Source: Hydrolagus colliei
Taxonomy: Eukaryota
Direction: 5' to 3'
Assembly (NCBI GenBank): GCA_035084275.1
Contig: CM068761.1
Coordinates: 8,494,001 to 8,558,000, forward strand
Length of the DNA: 64,000 nt
Below are positions 10,041-23,790 of this stretch, piece after piece. Numbering within the stretch: the stretch's first letter is position 1; every line of letters starts with the position of its first letter. The notes beneath the pieces were generated by a model. That model did no database searches and had not been told where the DNA came from. It saw nothing but the letters and a program-made list of their open reading frames with translations. Both the position numbers and the translations under genes were made by a program.

Positions 10041-11009
10041 AGTGGCATCTAACCCTGCTGTTTGTCCACTGCCAGCGCCTTTCTCAGGGACCACCGAAGT
10101 GGTCAGCGGCTTGGGATGTCTTTCTGATGTGAAATTTGCTCTGTAAATGAAACTTTTTTTGCTGTTGTTCAGTCCCATATTTCTATATTCTGTTGATAAG
10201 TTTGATCAGTTGTATCAAAATAATGCTAACGATGATAATGATAACTGGATACCTGGGCTAAATAATTTCCTGACTGTAAACAAAATCTGATTATGACCAC
10301 ATGTCATAATGCACATGAAGAAGCAAACGCCTCGTATCCTGTCCAGCAATGACACAAGTAAAATTAGCATTGATTTCAATGACCATCATGGCCGAGAAAC
10401 TGTAAGATATTAAAATGCACAAAGGCTTCCACGTTTACCTAAATAATATACGCAATATATCCAGTGAAACATCACTTGAAACGAAAAGTCATCATCAAAT
10501 GAAAGGTTATTTCTCAAAGGTATTATTATTTATTTCATTTTTAATACGCTACAACTGTGAGTTTTTTTTTATGGATGGTCACTTTGGATTTCTATGCATG
10601 AGCAAATTACTTGAGCTTGACCTGTCTAAAACATGCATTGGATCATCGCATGTGAAGACTTCCAAACAAGTGAGTTTTCAAATTTGAAGAATTGAATGTA
10701 TCACCTTCTGAAATGCACTGGTGTGCATATCCTACACTGTTGGAGGTGCTATCCTTTGGATTACACTTTAAACCAAATACCATTTTCTTGTTAATATGGA
10801 CGCTAAGTTTCCCATGTCGCAATGCAAATGGGGAACAAAGCGTTTGGTGTCCTGGCCAACAATTGCCCCAATCAAATTATCATTCATTTCAAGGCTGTTT
10901 GTGAATCATCACCATGCACAAATTGGCTGCTACATTTTTCTAAACAGCAAGTACTGTATATTCTGAGAAGCATCATGACCGGTCCTCTTGATATGAAAGG
11001 TGCTTTGTG

Positions 11010-11365
11010 AACAACAACTTTGATTTATATTTATATATGGCTCCCGTCACAATGGAGGGCATCTCAAAGCACTTCACAATAACTGATCCCGGGATCGAGC
11101 CAGGGGCAGGGGTAGAAAGGTGACCAAAGGCGTGGTCGAAGAGAAAGTTCTTGAACTGTTACCTGAAACTGGGAAGAGAGGGGGCGAGGTGAAAGGAATG
11201 AAGAAGGGAGTTCCAGAGGCTTGGGGCATAGTGGCTGAAGGCACAGCCACTGAGGGTGGAGCGGAGGATTCGGGGACATGGAGGTGGCCAGACCCGGTGG
11301 AGCGTCATCAGGAGATGACGGTTTGGGGAGATCAGACAGATAGGGGTTTGCAGAGGAGTGGAGGG
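11010..11365 (-). mobile_element. Short L2 3'-end insertion, beta-specific
   Basis: AFSHYAPSLWNSL..FR..FK.FLFDHAF plus tail. Absent from alpha upstream regions (compare 560-570). Confidence 0.8.
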
Positions 11366-13383
11366 CCAAAAGTATTATCTATCTGTTCATTTAATTTAAC
11401 AGACAATGTATTATGGAAGTATTCAGTTTAAAAATGACATCAGCGCTGGATTTTCCACGCATGTGCAAGTTATTTGACTTTGACTTGCCGTAAACGTGCA
11501 TGGGATCAGCTCATGGACAGAATTGAATACACGTGAGTGGGAACTCTGGGGGAAAGCTTCACTTGTGGACTGTTCTTCTTTTAGCGGGTTGTAACATAAC
11601 ACTATTCTTACACTCCCCGTTCCAATCTATATCACAATTTAGATGTCAGAGACGTGTCCAGAAGATGGGACTTGTGTGTTCTTTTTTCCTAAGAAGGAAA
11701 AGTAGATTCACAGCTGTTAATGTTTTATCAGAAAAAGCAGCAGCCGTAACTCACTGTGGCACTGATCTGGCTGTGATTCATACAGCGGCGACTTTCCGAA
11801 TGTTTTAAAGGGAATGTAACCGAAAAAATGTGTGGACAACCTGTGTGCGGATTTTCTTTCGTATTCTGTTTTGAATAGGTGTCATAACAATAAATGTATA
11901 AATATATACATTCAAAAATATTAAACCTATCTTTTGCAGTGACTTGGGACGACCTCCCGACGTGAAAGGCGCTTTGTAAGCTTAAATTTTTTATTGTTTT
12001 TTCCTACCACGACTGACTCCAGGAAAATTCCTTCGATCGAATAAGAAATAACTAGCATGAAGTCAAAACAAACCCAAATATGTCTATCTGTGTGTGTGAG
12101 GGATGGGTAACAGCAAATGACAATCGCTCTTAAAAATATCAGATTTAAGAACATGAAGTAACCATCTTGTATTTGTGCCAGGTTGAATGATAATTTCCCT
12201 GGGACTGGAATGGAATCCTGAGACTCGTCACGCTCCCCCTCTCTCAATCTTCCTCACACCACTTACCTTATTGTGGGAAGTACTAGCTCCAGGTAGGCTA
12301 CAGTCAAGGCATGGCCACTGGATTTGCCATTTGTGGCGTTGCGGTGGCGATGCCTTGACTGTAGAGGCCAAACACTCTATGTGATAACCCCCTGTCTCTG
12401 AAGTGTTGCTGTTCCCCAGGCTGGCTGATCAAGAGAGAGGTCACTGTAGTCAATGTTTGTAACGTTGCCTGAAAGAAACGTTCGTTTATCATCGGGCATG
12501 TGAGGCATTGGGCCGTGTCTGAGAGTATCCTAGCGTGAGGGCAAAGTTGGTACATGCCTGAATGTGAATTGGTGAAGCTATTTCAGAAATCGATAAACAG
12601 TATATACAATTTGAGGAACCTTGTCACCGGCTGCAATTCGTGACTTTCACAGCTGGGTATCTGTATCGATTCAGGTGTGACTTGTCAGTGTGTAAACTGT
12701 AACTAAATGAAACGTTGAAACTCATCTTTCATCGGAACAAGCTTCACAAGTGTATAAATCTCTTTGTACCTGGGCAAGCGAATCTTGCAGAATTCACATA
12801 CTGCAAAGCCGTGCACTACATGAACCACATACATATAACAGAATAAAATTTTCCACGATACAGCAAATAATTGATATTTGTGTTGTTTAAAAGAATACTG
12901 TTTCATACTGTAAATGAAAACTAGCATCATTATCTGATGTCCTGTAGCACAGTGTTTAGAGCACTCGTCGTAGAAACGAGAGACTTGGGTTCGACTCGAA
13001 GCAGGGCGAAACCTGCTCACGCCGAAACCTGCTCACGCCTTAAAAAATCCAATAATAAATTGATCACTTCAATTCACCACTGTTTGTTGGACAATGAGCG
13101 ACTGCGTTTCTTCCACATGTAACCTGAAGGTTTACTTTATAGTATATTCTGTGATGCGCTATGAGATGTCTAGAAGTTGTGAAAAGCGCCATATCAAATG
13201 GAAGATTATCATTATTTATTATTATATAATAAAACAATTTTCAGGTTGAAACGTAATGCAGAATTATCATCTTTACTGCCCATATATTGTGAGATATGGG
13301 CAGTAAAGTGGTTCAAATCTGCATGATGTTCCATCTGCTGTTCAGAACAAGGATTCCTATTGGACGATGGGAGCCGGAGGATA

Positions 13384-13391
13384 ATTTGCAT
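13384..13391 (+). promoter_or_regulatory. Ig promoter octamer (cluster B)
   Basis: ATTTGCAT 132 nt upstream of the ATG. Confidence 0.85.
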
Positions 13392-13515
13392 AATTTATGA
13401 ATTCAACTGGACTTGCATCACCTGATGGTTCTTAAGGAGAAGTTTACAATCGAGCAGTAAAGTTGCTTTTGTCTGTGAATCACTAATTTCTCTGATGTTC
13501 ATCAAACTGTTCACA

Positions 13516-16432
13516 ATGGGCGATTGGCTCCGTGTTCTGGCCGCTTTGCTCCTGTGTCTGCATGGTAAGCGCTGCGGAATCCGCACTGATCTCAATTAGC
13601 TTCACTTTGTACAGTTAGTTCAAAAGTGTGACCTATCTACGGTGTGACCTATCTACAGTGTGACTTATCTGTGACTTATTATTTCTCCAGGAACAACCGC
13701 AGCTGTTACCCTGACTCAGCCACCGTCCATCTCAACCTCCTCGGGAAACACCGTCAAGATCACCTGTACCATGTCCGGAGGCAGCATCGGCAGCTACTAC
13801 ACGAGCTGGTACCAGCAGAAGCCTGGCAGCGCCCCTGTGTTTGTTTGGTATGAGAGCTCCACCAGAGGTCAGGGGATTCCTGATCGATTCACTGGTTCTG
13901 TGGACTCATCGAACATGCATTTAACCATCAGCGGTGTGCAGTCGGAGGACGCCGCCGATTATTACTGTGGTGCCAAACTAGGCGGCAGCAATCCCCTCAT
14001 CTTTGGTAAAGGGACCAAGCTGAGTTTGAAAAGTAAGTGATCTTGTTTCAACATTGGATTATTATTGTGATCTAATTCTCCTACAGTTTCCACAAAAATA
14101 ACAAGAACAACGTTGCTCTTGTACAGAGCCTTTCAGGTCAGGAGGACGTCCAAAAATATTCGTATGTTTGTCTGTATTCGATATTATTTCACATGCTATC
14201 TGTGATATTCGCACCTGGTTGAAACCCTCGCAATGATAATGTGGAGATCGGAAATTTTAAAGAACCAAACACTCCAAACCTGACTTTAATTGAAAATCTG
14301 TGAAGAATGTCGACTAATAGTACAGCAAACTAACAAAGGTAAAAAGGTGGAGGCAGGAATGAAATTATCCAACAGGAGATAATCGTGGTGATATTTATCT
14401 TTAACAGTCTGAAGGACTAAAGATGTCAGATTCACTGTAGCACCGCTTAGAGACCCTGGTAAAGAATGAGCTACACCAGGGAAAAGAGTTCACACTTCAC
14501 ACCTGAGATTGAAGTTAAATCTCTTTGTGCCAGATTATTTAATTTCTATTTTTACCTGTTAACCTCTTTCCCCAGTTTTTCTCCCATCATAAGGAGATCA
14601 ACAGTATGTTTCCATCTGGTGACTGTCGCTGGGGTCTAATGGACCGATTGGTGAGCGGTTCAATCTCAGAAGGAACCTGATTCCCTGAAAATAATGTTCG
14701 TCTGTGACTAATTAATCATTTTGAAAATTTAAACTTGTTTGAGAGTGAGGAACATTATATGTAACTGATAGATGGATGATAGAGTATAACTGTAGGGGAC
14801 TACAGAATATTTTCAGAATAATTCTTATGTTGCCGTCTGCTCCATGTTATTGCCATAACCAGTTTTTGCATATTAATATCTTTTTCATTCCAGAGTTCTT
14901 TTCGAGTTTCTTCAATTTTATTTTCTCCCCATTACCCCCATTAAAATACATTTCGATTTTACCATTTATTGCTCACATTTATCTTCAGATTTCTAATTTT
15001 ACAAACGTATTATTTTCTCCCAATACCGTGGTTGATGTCGCTAAGGGCAGCACCATCGGAGAGACTCAATAATACCATGATTGTCATCACAAGTTGTTGC
15101 AGTTGGTCAGATGGGAATCATCGTTCATTGAAGACAGAGGCTGAGCGCCGGCTCAATCTGGTCAAAATACATTTTCTCCTTGAAAATTAACTTTATTATT
15201 TCCCTCAGGCATCATATTAAAGGGATTCCGATTTGTGTGTTGTGATTTGTTTATTGCGATTTATGTATTATGCGCTATTAATTATGAATTAAAATCAGCA
15301 AATACGGTGCCAAATAAATTATTGTGAAATCGGAAATTAATCGGAAGCCCCGCTCAGCAAAGAATCAAAGATTGGATTCTGATTGTGCTCCTGAAGTGTT
15401 TTAAGTGTAGTTGATGAGAAGGAAATCATTGATTTTATTCGTATTTTCAGGTTGTTACTCTCTATACAAACCCTATATGATTAATAATGATATTTCACTG
15501 TGCTTTCAATCAGCGGCTCCCGCCACGTACTCCTTGTATCGCGATGTTTAGTGTCTGGTGTTATTTCTTATGACAGTTGGTATTCATTACTTCAACACAG
15601 GACAATTTGTACATGTGTTCACCACTGCAAAAAGCCCTGTAATAAATTGGTCAGTTGAATCCACGAATTCTTGTGGGACAATGCTGTGCGCAATTCGCTG
15701 CCGTGTTTCGCCGAAATATGTACAGACAATTCACTTCATGGTATATTTTGCGAACATTGAGACGCCGAGAAGACGTCAAGAGCACTATATCAAATGCGAG
15801 GATTATTATCATTATTACTGGTAATCTCTCATCAGCAAACTATTGATGGTATAATAATGAATGGTGTGTGATGGTGTATGATGACCACAACACCCATTCT
15901 TCCCTCTACATTGCTACACTTTGTCACAATTGAAAAGTACCGTCTAAAACGCTGCACAAGAAAACGTTTTACCATTTACAGGAATGTGAAATACTGCATA
16001 GCGTTATTTATTGGTGATCCTGAAGTTTTGTCGTGCTATTGACCAATCGATTGTATATGAAGATGAAAAAAAAATAATTTAAACTTTTGTATCCACATTT
16101 TTGTTCCAGACCCACGGGCCCCTTCGATGACTATCCTTCCGCCGGCACTAGAACAAATCACAGCGAAGAGCAAGGCGACCCTGGTGTGTCTGGTGAATGA
16201 TTTTAACCCGGGAGCTGTGGAGGTCAAGTGGACTGTGGATGGCAGTGCCAGAAGTGAAGGTGTTGAAACGAGTGCGATCAAGCAGGAGGAGGACAACACG
16301 TACAGTGTGAGCAGTTATCTAACTCTGCCAGCCTCCGAGTGGGATTCACACGAGCTGTATTCCTGTCTGGTCAAACACGAGACTCGGGGGACTCCGCTCG
16401 AAAGAACCATCGCCAGATCTAGTTGTATCTAA
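13516..16432 (+). CDS. IGL: Ig light chain cluster B; exons 13516-13564, 13691-14032, 16110-16432; 237 aa; VJ is 15 nt shorter (in-frame deletions)
   Basis: Same exon structure and splice sites as A, open frame, CDR3 GAKLGGSNPLI. Confidence 0.93.
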
Positions 16433-17633
16433 ATTAGGAACATATAGCGTAACTTTGGCAATAACATTAAGAATAAGAATTGTGTTAATGATTGTTTGGA
16501 AATTAAAGTAATTTTGTCAGGAATGCCCAAATTGAGAAACAAATTCGATTAAATACCTCCGGTAAATTTCCAACGGAAGGAAATAAGCTCTTAAAGTTAT
16601 AAGTAGAGTATTACAATACGGCAACAATAATTTGTCTGTTTGCTGGAATTCAACGGTTGTACTTTACAGTATGTTCACGCTGCAATAATTAAGCCCCCCT
16701 GTGTAACATTACATGAATAAGAAATACTATGTTTTAATAAAATGATTATTTCATTGCCCTCTGTGCCGTGGCTATTGTTCTTCATTTCTTCTTTTCATTT
16801 CATTATTATTTTATCTGTAACACGAATTTTATCTTATCAATTAAACATGCAAGCAGTACTTATATGCGTTTGAAATTTATGTAGTAGAATTTTGGAAACA
16901 TCTTAATCTTGGTCGCTACTTGGGAGCCTTTTCATGTTGTTAAAAAGAACCATCCGTCAAAGTAAACTCAACATCAATTTAAGTTAAAGTGAATTCAAGA
17001 TATCGCACAATATTCAGTGTTAAGTCATGATTAACACTGAGTTACAAGCTGAGCACGTGTGAAATGCTCTCCCCAACAATGCTGTACATCCATCTTGGGT
17101 TTGGAAGATAATTCATTCAGATGCATTTGCCCCCTACCCCTCCAGCCCGCCGTTCTCTATAGAACTAAATCAAAGTATTACTCAAGTGCTTCACTCGATC
17201 ATTATGCTGAGCTTTTGTTTTGTCAAAAGGAGTGACAACCTATTGAAAGGTTATATGACCATCAGATGCAAATGAAACATCAAAATGTACCCACTCCGAA
17301 GAGCTCATTGTATAGTTACTCCCCTCCCCACCCCGTGGCCAGTGAGCTCCAAGCCTGCGGTTGAGTAACGTACCAACTTCCGCATTGCAGCCTTTTAACA
17401 CCCGCAGGTGTCTCTGCAGTTCCCTTCAGTCGTTTAAGCTGCTGTCAATTCTAGTCAATATTTTCACTTTATTGGAAAACATTAAATCGGTGCGATATAA
17501 CTATCAAATAGGATTGTTCTTTGTTGGTCGATATCAAAACAAGTTTAATGATTGAAATGGAACGATAGTAAGAGGAAGCTGGACAACGACTTGTCTGCAA
17601 TATACCAATCGCAGCTGGTACTGATGACATCGA

Positions 17634-17818
17634 AACACAAAATACTACAGAAGCTGGGAACCTGAAACAGAAACAAAAGTTGCTGGGGAAGCTCAGCAGG
17701 TCAAACAGCATCCAAAACGTGGCTGTGGAAACGGGTTTTGGAGAACACACAATCAAACACAATCAAGCAAATTTCTTTTGGATACTGTTTGACCTGCTGA
17801 GTTTCCCCAACATCTTTT
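17634..17818. mobile_element. Palindromic insertion with 43-bp inverted arms and a 14-bp target-site duplication, beta-specific
   Basis: Arms 17675-17717 and 17776-17818 (4 mismatches). TSD actgatg(ac/ta)atcga at 17620-17633 and 17819-17832. Empty site in A and D. Confidence 0.8.
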
Positions 17819-18593
17819 ACTGATGTAATCGATATGTTTACGTAACTCATATGGAATGAATTCCAAGCTCCGGCTAACGTAATAATATAATAGCCTATAG
17901 TTATGTTTGAATTGGGAGAATTCATTAGTTGGAAGAGAATAGTATAATTGATTGAACCAATAAAAACAATAAAATGAATGATACACTGAGCACAACCGGC
18001 AGTGAGTGGACTATGTTCTCCATTCACATAATATAGTTTGCTGCTCTCCTAGTTTAAGAATTTGCATTTGATAGTGTTGATGAATGGTTATCTCAACCGA
18101 CCAGGTCCGAGATAGACGTTTACACATTCTGACTCATGCGCTAATTTGTGAGTAAAAACTGTAAGTGTTGATTGTACTTCATGGGGGAGGAGGATTTAAA
18201 AATGGTATTTTGGTCATCGTTCACCACCAGTTTATATTCTATTTGGGTGGGCCTAATGCCAGTAAACACATATTGATACAGCATAAATTTATGTTTAAAT
18301 ATAAAGATACTTGGGAAATCGCTTTGACATGGTGGAGGTATATCTCTTTAAGTAATTATCAGTACTGGATCTGCCCAAGTAACCTAGGGGATGTGTTCTT
18401 AAAAAAATTGATTTTACATGAAATACCACATAGCGAAACCTAAATTACCATAGGCCCCCATACTATCCACAGGAGTTAGATTCCTTCAGTACATTTCTGG
18501 TTTATATTTTCTTACACTAATATTAAATAAAGACCAAAAGCAACACCACTTGTATTGAAAATAAAATAAAAGTTTAATGAATACATACATAAG

Positions 18594-21320
18594 ATAACAA
18601 CAGCAAAATTATATTGATAGAGCGCCTTTCATGTCGGAGGATGTCGCAAGGCGCTGAACAATTAGATCATGTCCGATCGGGTAAAGGGGTGGGGGGTGTC
18701 GTGGCAAGAGAGCAGGAAAAGTGGGAGAGTTTGGAGGGTTGGAGAAGGTACGGTCGAAGAGGAAGCTGTTGAGACTGGTCTTAAAGGAGGAAAGGGAGGA
18801 AGAGAGGCGTACTGGTTGCAGGAGAGAGTTCCAGAGTGTGGGACAGAGTGGTTGAAAGCCTGGCCACCGATGGTAGGTCAGTTTTGCGCGAGGGACATGG
18901 AGCAGGAAATAGTCCGCTAAACGATGGGCAGGCTGATAGGGAAGCAGCAGTTTGGAAAGATAGGTTGGGGCAAGGTCATGAATGGCCTTGAAAGTGAGGA
19001 TGAGGATCTGGAATTTAACCCTATTGAAGATGAGGAGCCAGTGGAGTTGGGCGAGGGTGTGAGTGATGTGGTCACAGAGCCTAGTGCAGGAGAGTCCACG
19101 AGCTGCAGAGTTCTGAATAATCTGCCGTAGGGGAGCCTAGATGTGATGAAAGCGTGGATGAGTGTTTCAGCAGCATGGGGGGTGAGGTAGTGGCGGAGGA
19201 GGTGGAAGGCTGTACCGGTCATGGCGCGGATTTGGGGGAGGAAGGATAGTTTGCAGTGGAACAAGCTACCCAGATTGCTGACTGGTTTCAAGAGGTGGAG
19301 AGTGCAGCCTTGAATGCCGATGTTGCCAGCACCTGAGGTGCTGAGGCGCTGATGCCAGTGAATCAGGATGGCCTCTGTTTGTTGATGTTTAGTTGGAGGA
19401 AGTTGTCCCTTGTCCGGGACTAGATGTTGGACAAACATGCAGTCAGAATGCCATTACTCCTGGAGTTGAGGGTGGAAGCGGAAAGGTAGTGTTGGGTGTC
19501 ATCCGCACACATGTGAAAATTTACCACATATCAGGGGATAATGTCACCGAGAGGGCAGGAAGCATGTAGATAGTGAGGAGCAGGGTGCCAAGAACAGAGG
19601 ATACCACATGTGACTGTACAAGTGCTGGAGGAAAAGCCGTTAGCGGAGAAAAACTGAAAGCTGTGTGAGACATATTGCTGGAACTAATCAAGAACAGACC
19701 CTTGAAAAGTGAGGAGGGAAAAGAGGTGGGAGTGGAGAATTGCATGGTCAATGGTGTCAAAGGCAGTGGATAAATTGAGGAGGACGAGGAGGCAGAGGGA
19801 GGCCTGGTCACAGATGGTCAGGATGTCATTTGTGCCCTTCACAAGAGCAGTTTCCCATCTTGATTGGAGGGGTTCGAAAAGTGAATGGGTTGAGTGGAAA
19901 GAGTGGAAATGTGAAGCAACACCTCTTTCGCTGACCTTAGACAGGAAAGAGAGAATGGAGATGGGCAGGTAACTCGATAGCTGCAACACATTGAGAGAAG
20001 GTTTCTTTAGGATGGAGGTGATAGTGGCAGATTTGAGGTGAGTAGGAATGGTGCCAGATGAAAAGTGGCAGGTTAATGGTGTCGGCAATTAGTGTGGCTA
20101 GAAGGTGGACCTGGGTGGTAAGAAGAGGGGTTTGGATGGGGTCAAGGGAGCAGGTGATGTGCGTTATGGAGTCGATGGTTTTTGTGATGGAGGATGGGGA
20201 GATGGTATGGAATGCGTGGAAGGAGGGATGGTTAGGAGACAGGATTTGGGGAGAGGTGACAATGGGGTGGAAGTTGGAGGGACGGTGAATCTCAGAGCAG
20301 ACTTCCTCGATTTTGGACTCAAGGAAATCCAGCATCTCCTCGCAGCAGGAGTTCGAGAAAAGGATATGTGTGGCAACGTTAGGCAGTGGGCGGAAGGACA
20401 GGACAATAATGGGGGGATGGAAGACCTGGTTGGTGTTGGAGAAAAGCATTCGGGGTTCGTACTTCGCCTCCAGGATTATTCTGGAGTAGAAGGACTATTT
20501 GGTGGAGGCTACAGTGGAGCGAAAGGATGAAGTGAGGTCCAGCCAGATGTGCCATTGGACAGTTAGGCGGGATTTGAGCCAGGTGCGTCAGTGGCCGACA
20601 TCTGGCCCTTGAGGAAATGGAGGTGAGTGGTGAACCAGATTGAGGTTCGGAAGTAGGAGGCAGTTTGATAGGTGAGGGGGGCAAGTGGTTTGAATGTGGT
20701 GGAGGGGGTTTTGTGGAGGAGAGTAAGTGCAGAGAATGCGTCAGTGCTGAAGGTGTGCCAGAGAGAGAGGAATTTGGAGGACTCTAAGGTAGCAGAGAAA
20801 GTTTGTGGGGGGATCTTCTTCCATGGGCGGTAGAAGATGGCGGTAGGCTTGGGGGTGGAGGGGAGACTGCTCGGAGATGGCCTTTTTGGTGATCGCGAAA
20901 TCAGAGACACTGAAGCTCAGGGTGATCACCAAGTTAAACCGGTGGTCGTGAAAGTGCGTGGCGGAGTGGATATAGAGGGAGGAGTTGAGAGAGGAGAGGA
21001 GGGAGGAGAATTCTGAGGAGGTGGTGCAAGTGAGGGTGAAGTGGAGGTTGATGTCGCCGAGGATGATGAGATGAAACGTGACAACCGATCGGAGGAGCAT
21101 CAGCGGTAAACAAGGAGTGTGGAGAAGTCAGAGGTGAAGGTTTGGGAGGTGACTAAATATAAAAATAAGATAAAAAGGCCATTAAGAAAACACTGACTGG
21201 AGATGGTTGAAGTGGTCATTGCAAACACACTCAGGGGATCCGCACAAGAGGCAGGTAATCCCGCCTCTTCATCTGAATGACTCCGCCCCCTCCCACTCAC
21301 TGATCACATCCACCATCTCC
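18594..21320 (-). mobile_element. Long decayed L2 LINE (endonuclease and RT remnants)
   Basis: ILGDINLH, LPISILSFLSKV, ETALVK.TNDI, LSTAFDTIDH, YADDTQ and HAAETLIHAFITSRL motifs, with many stops and frameshifts. Confidence 0.9.
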
Positions 21321-21589
21321 AGTAAGTATTCCCTTAATAGTATTTAGTATCTTATTTATATATTTACCAAATAACTAATATAAAATTTAGTCAGCTAATA
21401 TCGCTTCAATTAATCCAATTGCTAATTATTTTTTCTAGCTATTTATTAATTCGTCAATGACATATAATCGAAACAACCTATATTGAGACATATAGCGAGG
21501 AGTGCCCGTATATACGTGAGTAAAACAAGGCAGCACATTACACACAGGTGTAGCCCACAAACCGCTGGATTTAAATGACTACTTTATTG

Positions 21590-21710
21590 TTTTTTTAAGG
21601 GATTGTTAGGTATGTGTTGTAAGTAAACTTGCCCAATGTTTCGCCCTTCCTGCAATTGAGTCCAATTCTCTCACTTTTAAGGCAAGTGCTCTATCCACTG
21701 AGTTACTAGA
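21590..21710 (-). mobile_element. SINE head fragment (orthologues at about 27065-27190, 50075-50200)
   Basis: Reverse complement reads tagtaactcagtggatagagcacttgcc...gggcgaaacattgggcaagttt. Confidence 0.7.
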
Positions 21711-21944
21711 CTCCTCAGTTGAAGGGTCCTCAGCCATCCATCAGTATATTTATTATAATGATGATAATAGGAGGCGGCGCCAATTCATGCAGATAGATGG
21801 GTAATCTGGAATAAACCAGACATTAGAATAAAAAATAGATAGTAAATGTAGCAGAACATGTGTGGCTTTAATATGTGCTGACAACATAAGAAATAAGGAA
21901 CTAGGGAAGATGAGGAACCATATCGATCTGGAAATGGAATGTGG

Positions 21945-22245
21945 AAGACATGTTGCAGTATAAATCATACATAAATCCAATAGTTGAATGTTTAGAGCAC
22001 TCGCCATACAAGCAAGTGATCCGGTTTCAATTCCAGATAGGGCGCAATCTTGAGCAAGTTTCCATACACCATATGGCTCATCCCTCAAAAGAGGGAATAA
22101 TAAATTGCTCACTTCAATCTGCAACTGTTTGTGGGACACTGCTGATATGTTTCGCCGATATATATTCACTATTCTTTGAGGGATATCGGTCATTGTGGAA
22201 AGCGCTTTGAGACGTCTAGAAGATGAAAGGATTGGTATCATTACT
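21945..22245 (+). mobile_element. tRNA-derived SINE (orthologues at about 27465-27745, 50445-50730)
   Basis: gtttagagcactcgcc...ggtttcaattcc head, core and tail. Confidence 0.7.
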
Positions 22246-23319
22246 TAGGATTTGTTTTAGTCGTCCATAAATATTTCCAAAGGAATAGCAACAATTTGTT
22301 GCGTTTTGTTTTGGTTTGATGCATCTGCAATCATCTGGAAATCTTTGCATTGACAGCAATATTCTTAGACAATGAAAATAATCCATGTTTGTGATATTCG
22401 TGAATGTTTGAGTGGAAATGATACCTGAGCCTTTTGAAGTAAAGACAGAGGATCTCATAATTCAGTATGAATTTAACAGGGTGACAATTTCGTCAAATTT
22501 TGAAATACCACAATAATCGGGTACATTTTGGCACACGTTGGATTTCTACCCAAGCTTCTGATAGATCAGATGGTGGAAGATTCAGGCGACGAACACTCAA
22601 TCTGTGGAGGGCGCTGTTTCACAATAAATAAAAACATTGCTTCACTCTCACTGAGGCAACAATTTTAAGTGACTGTCAGTTTGAATTTCATAGCTTATAT
22701 GAAATCTACTCAGGTTGTTGCTACTTGTAGTGTCTGTTTTTGTAGCCAAACACAGTGCTTGTTTTGCAGCAGCAATATCACTCAACAAATGAAAAACACA
22801 AATGGTAAATAATTTTATGTACAGTTATTCCGGGCTCCAAGACAAACTTTCTTTCACTTTCCATTAATTAATTCCATGGAAACTCTGATATCCACCTGAG
22901 CAATCAACAACTTCAATTAGCATCATATTGTAAAAACCCAATCTCACAAACTGAAGTGAAGTGATTGCAGTGTTTGCCCTAGATATGCCGATAAAAATCA
23001 TGACAGGTATTCAATTTTAATTATGATTCTATCATTAATTCATTATAGGTTATCGTAATTGGTGCCTCCAGAGTGACTATCAATATTACCACATTACTGT
23101 CTATCACACTGCCTGACTTCCAATGTACATCACCATGATGGCAGTGAAATCCTCAGTCCTTGCCTTGGAGAATTGATGTTTGTGATGTTGAGACGGTTCA
23201 AGGGCAATGTACTTCAGACTATCACATTTAGTTAATTTTATGGCATGTGCTCCACCATAGTACAAGGCAATAATAACGAAAGACAAATGCAAGAACACAT
23301 TGCAATTATGCATCATGTT

Positions 23320-23790
23320 GCATATTGGGAGTATGCACCAAAACTCGTCATGCTTGCTTTGATTGGATTGAAATTGGGATGGTTGGAAGCATGACCAAGG
23401 CACGGTGAAAGAGAAAGGACTTTAGGTGAGAATTCAAAGAGGGACGGCAGGGCAAGTAAAGTGTTTCCTAGTCAGTGTTCCCAAGGAGTATGGCCAAAAC
23501 ATGTTGAAGGCCTTTCATGAGGAAGGCAAGCATGATATTTCTCGGCAGCGTGAGTGAAGAGGCAATGGCAGTGTTGTTCCATGTAATGGAAGTGTGGGAA
23601 TGCAGAACTGTGGGTGGCATCCATATTGGAATAAGGAAAGATCAGCATCGAGGCTTTGTACAAGCTATGGGCGGTGAAAAATGAATGTGTTAATAGTGTC
23701 ATTGTCAGTTCGTTGGGTGAGGAATTGCAGGCGGCCTTCACCTTGTCAACTTTAAACTGGAGAAAATTAGCCATTATTCAGGGCTTGATC
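23320..23790 (-). mobile_element. Ancient, highly diverged L2 RT relic (copies at about 8235-8710, 28340-28850, 38712-39170, 51805-52270, 63214-63418)
   Basis: MANFLQFKVDKVKA resembles WM.NFLQLN.DKTEA. HCLSTHAAETIILAFITKGLHH resembles LTPHAAETLIHAFITSRLDY. Confidence 0.6.

Noticed and set aside
17634-17818. Hammerhead ribozyme within the palindromic insertion
   Set aside because: GAAAC is present but no CTGANGA core could be placed.
18594-21320. Functional L2 ORF2, or novel genes from its antisense ORFs
   Set aside because: Multiple stops, frameshifts and deletions. Plus-strand ORFs are shadows of the decayed RT frame.
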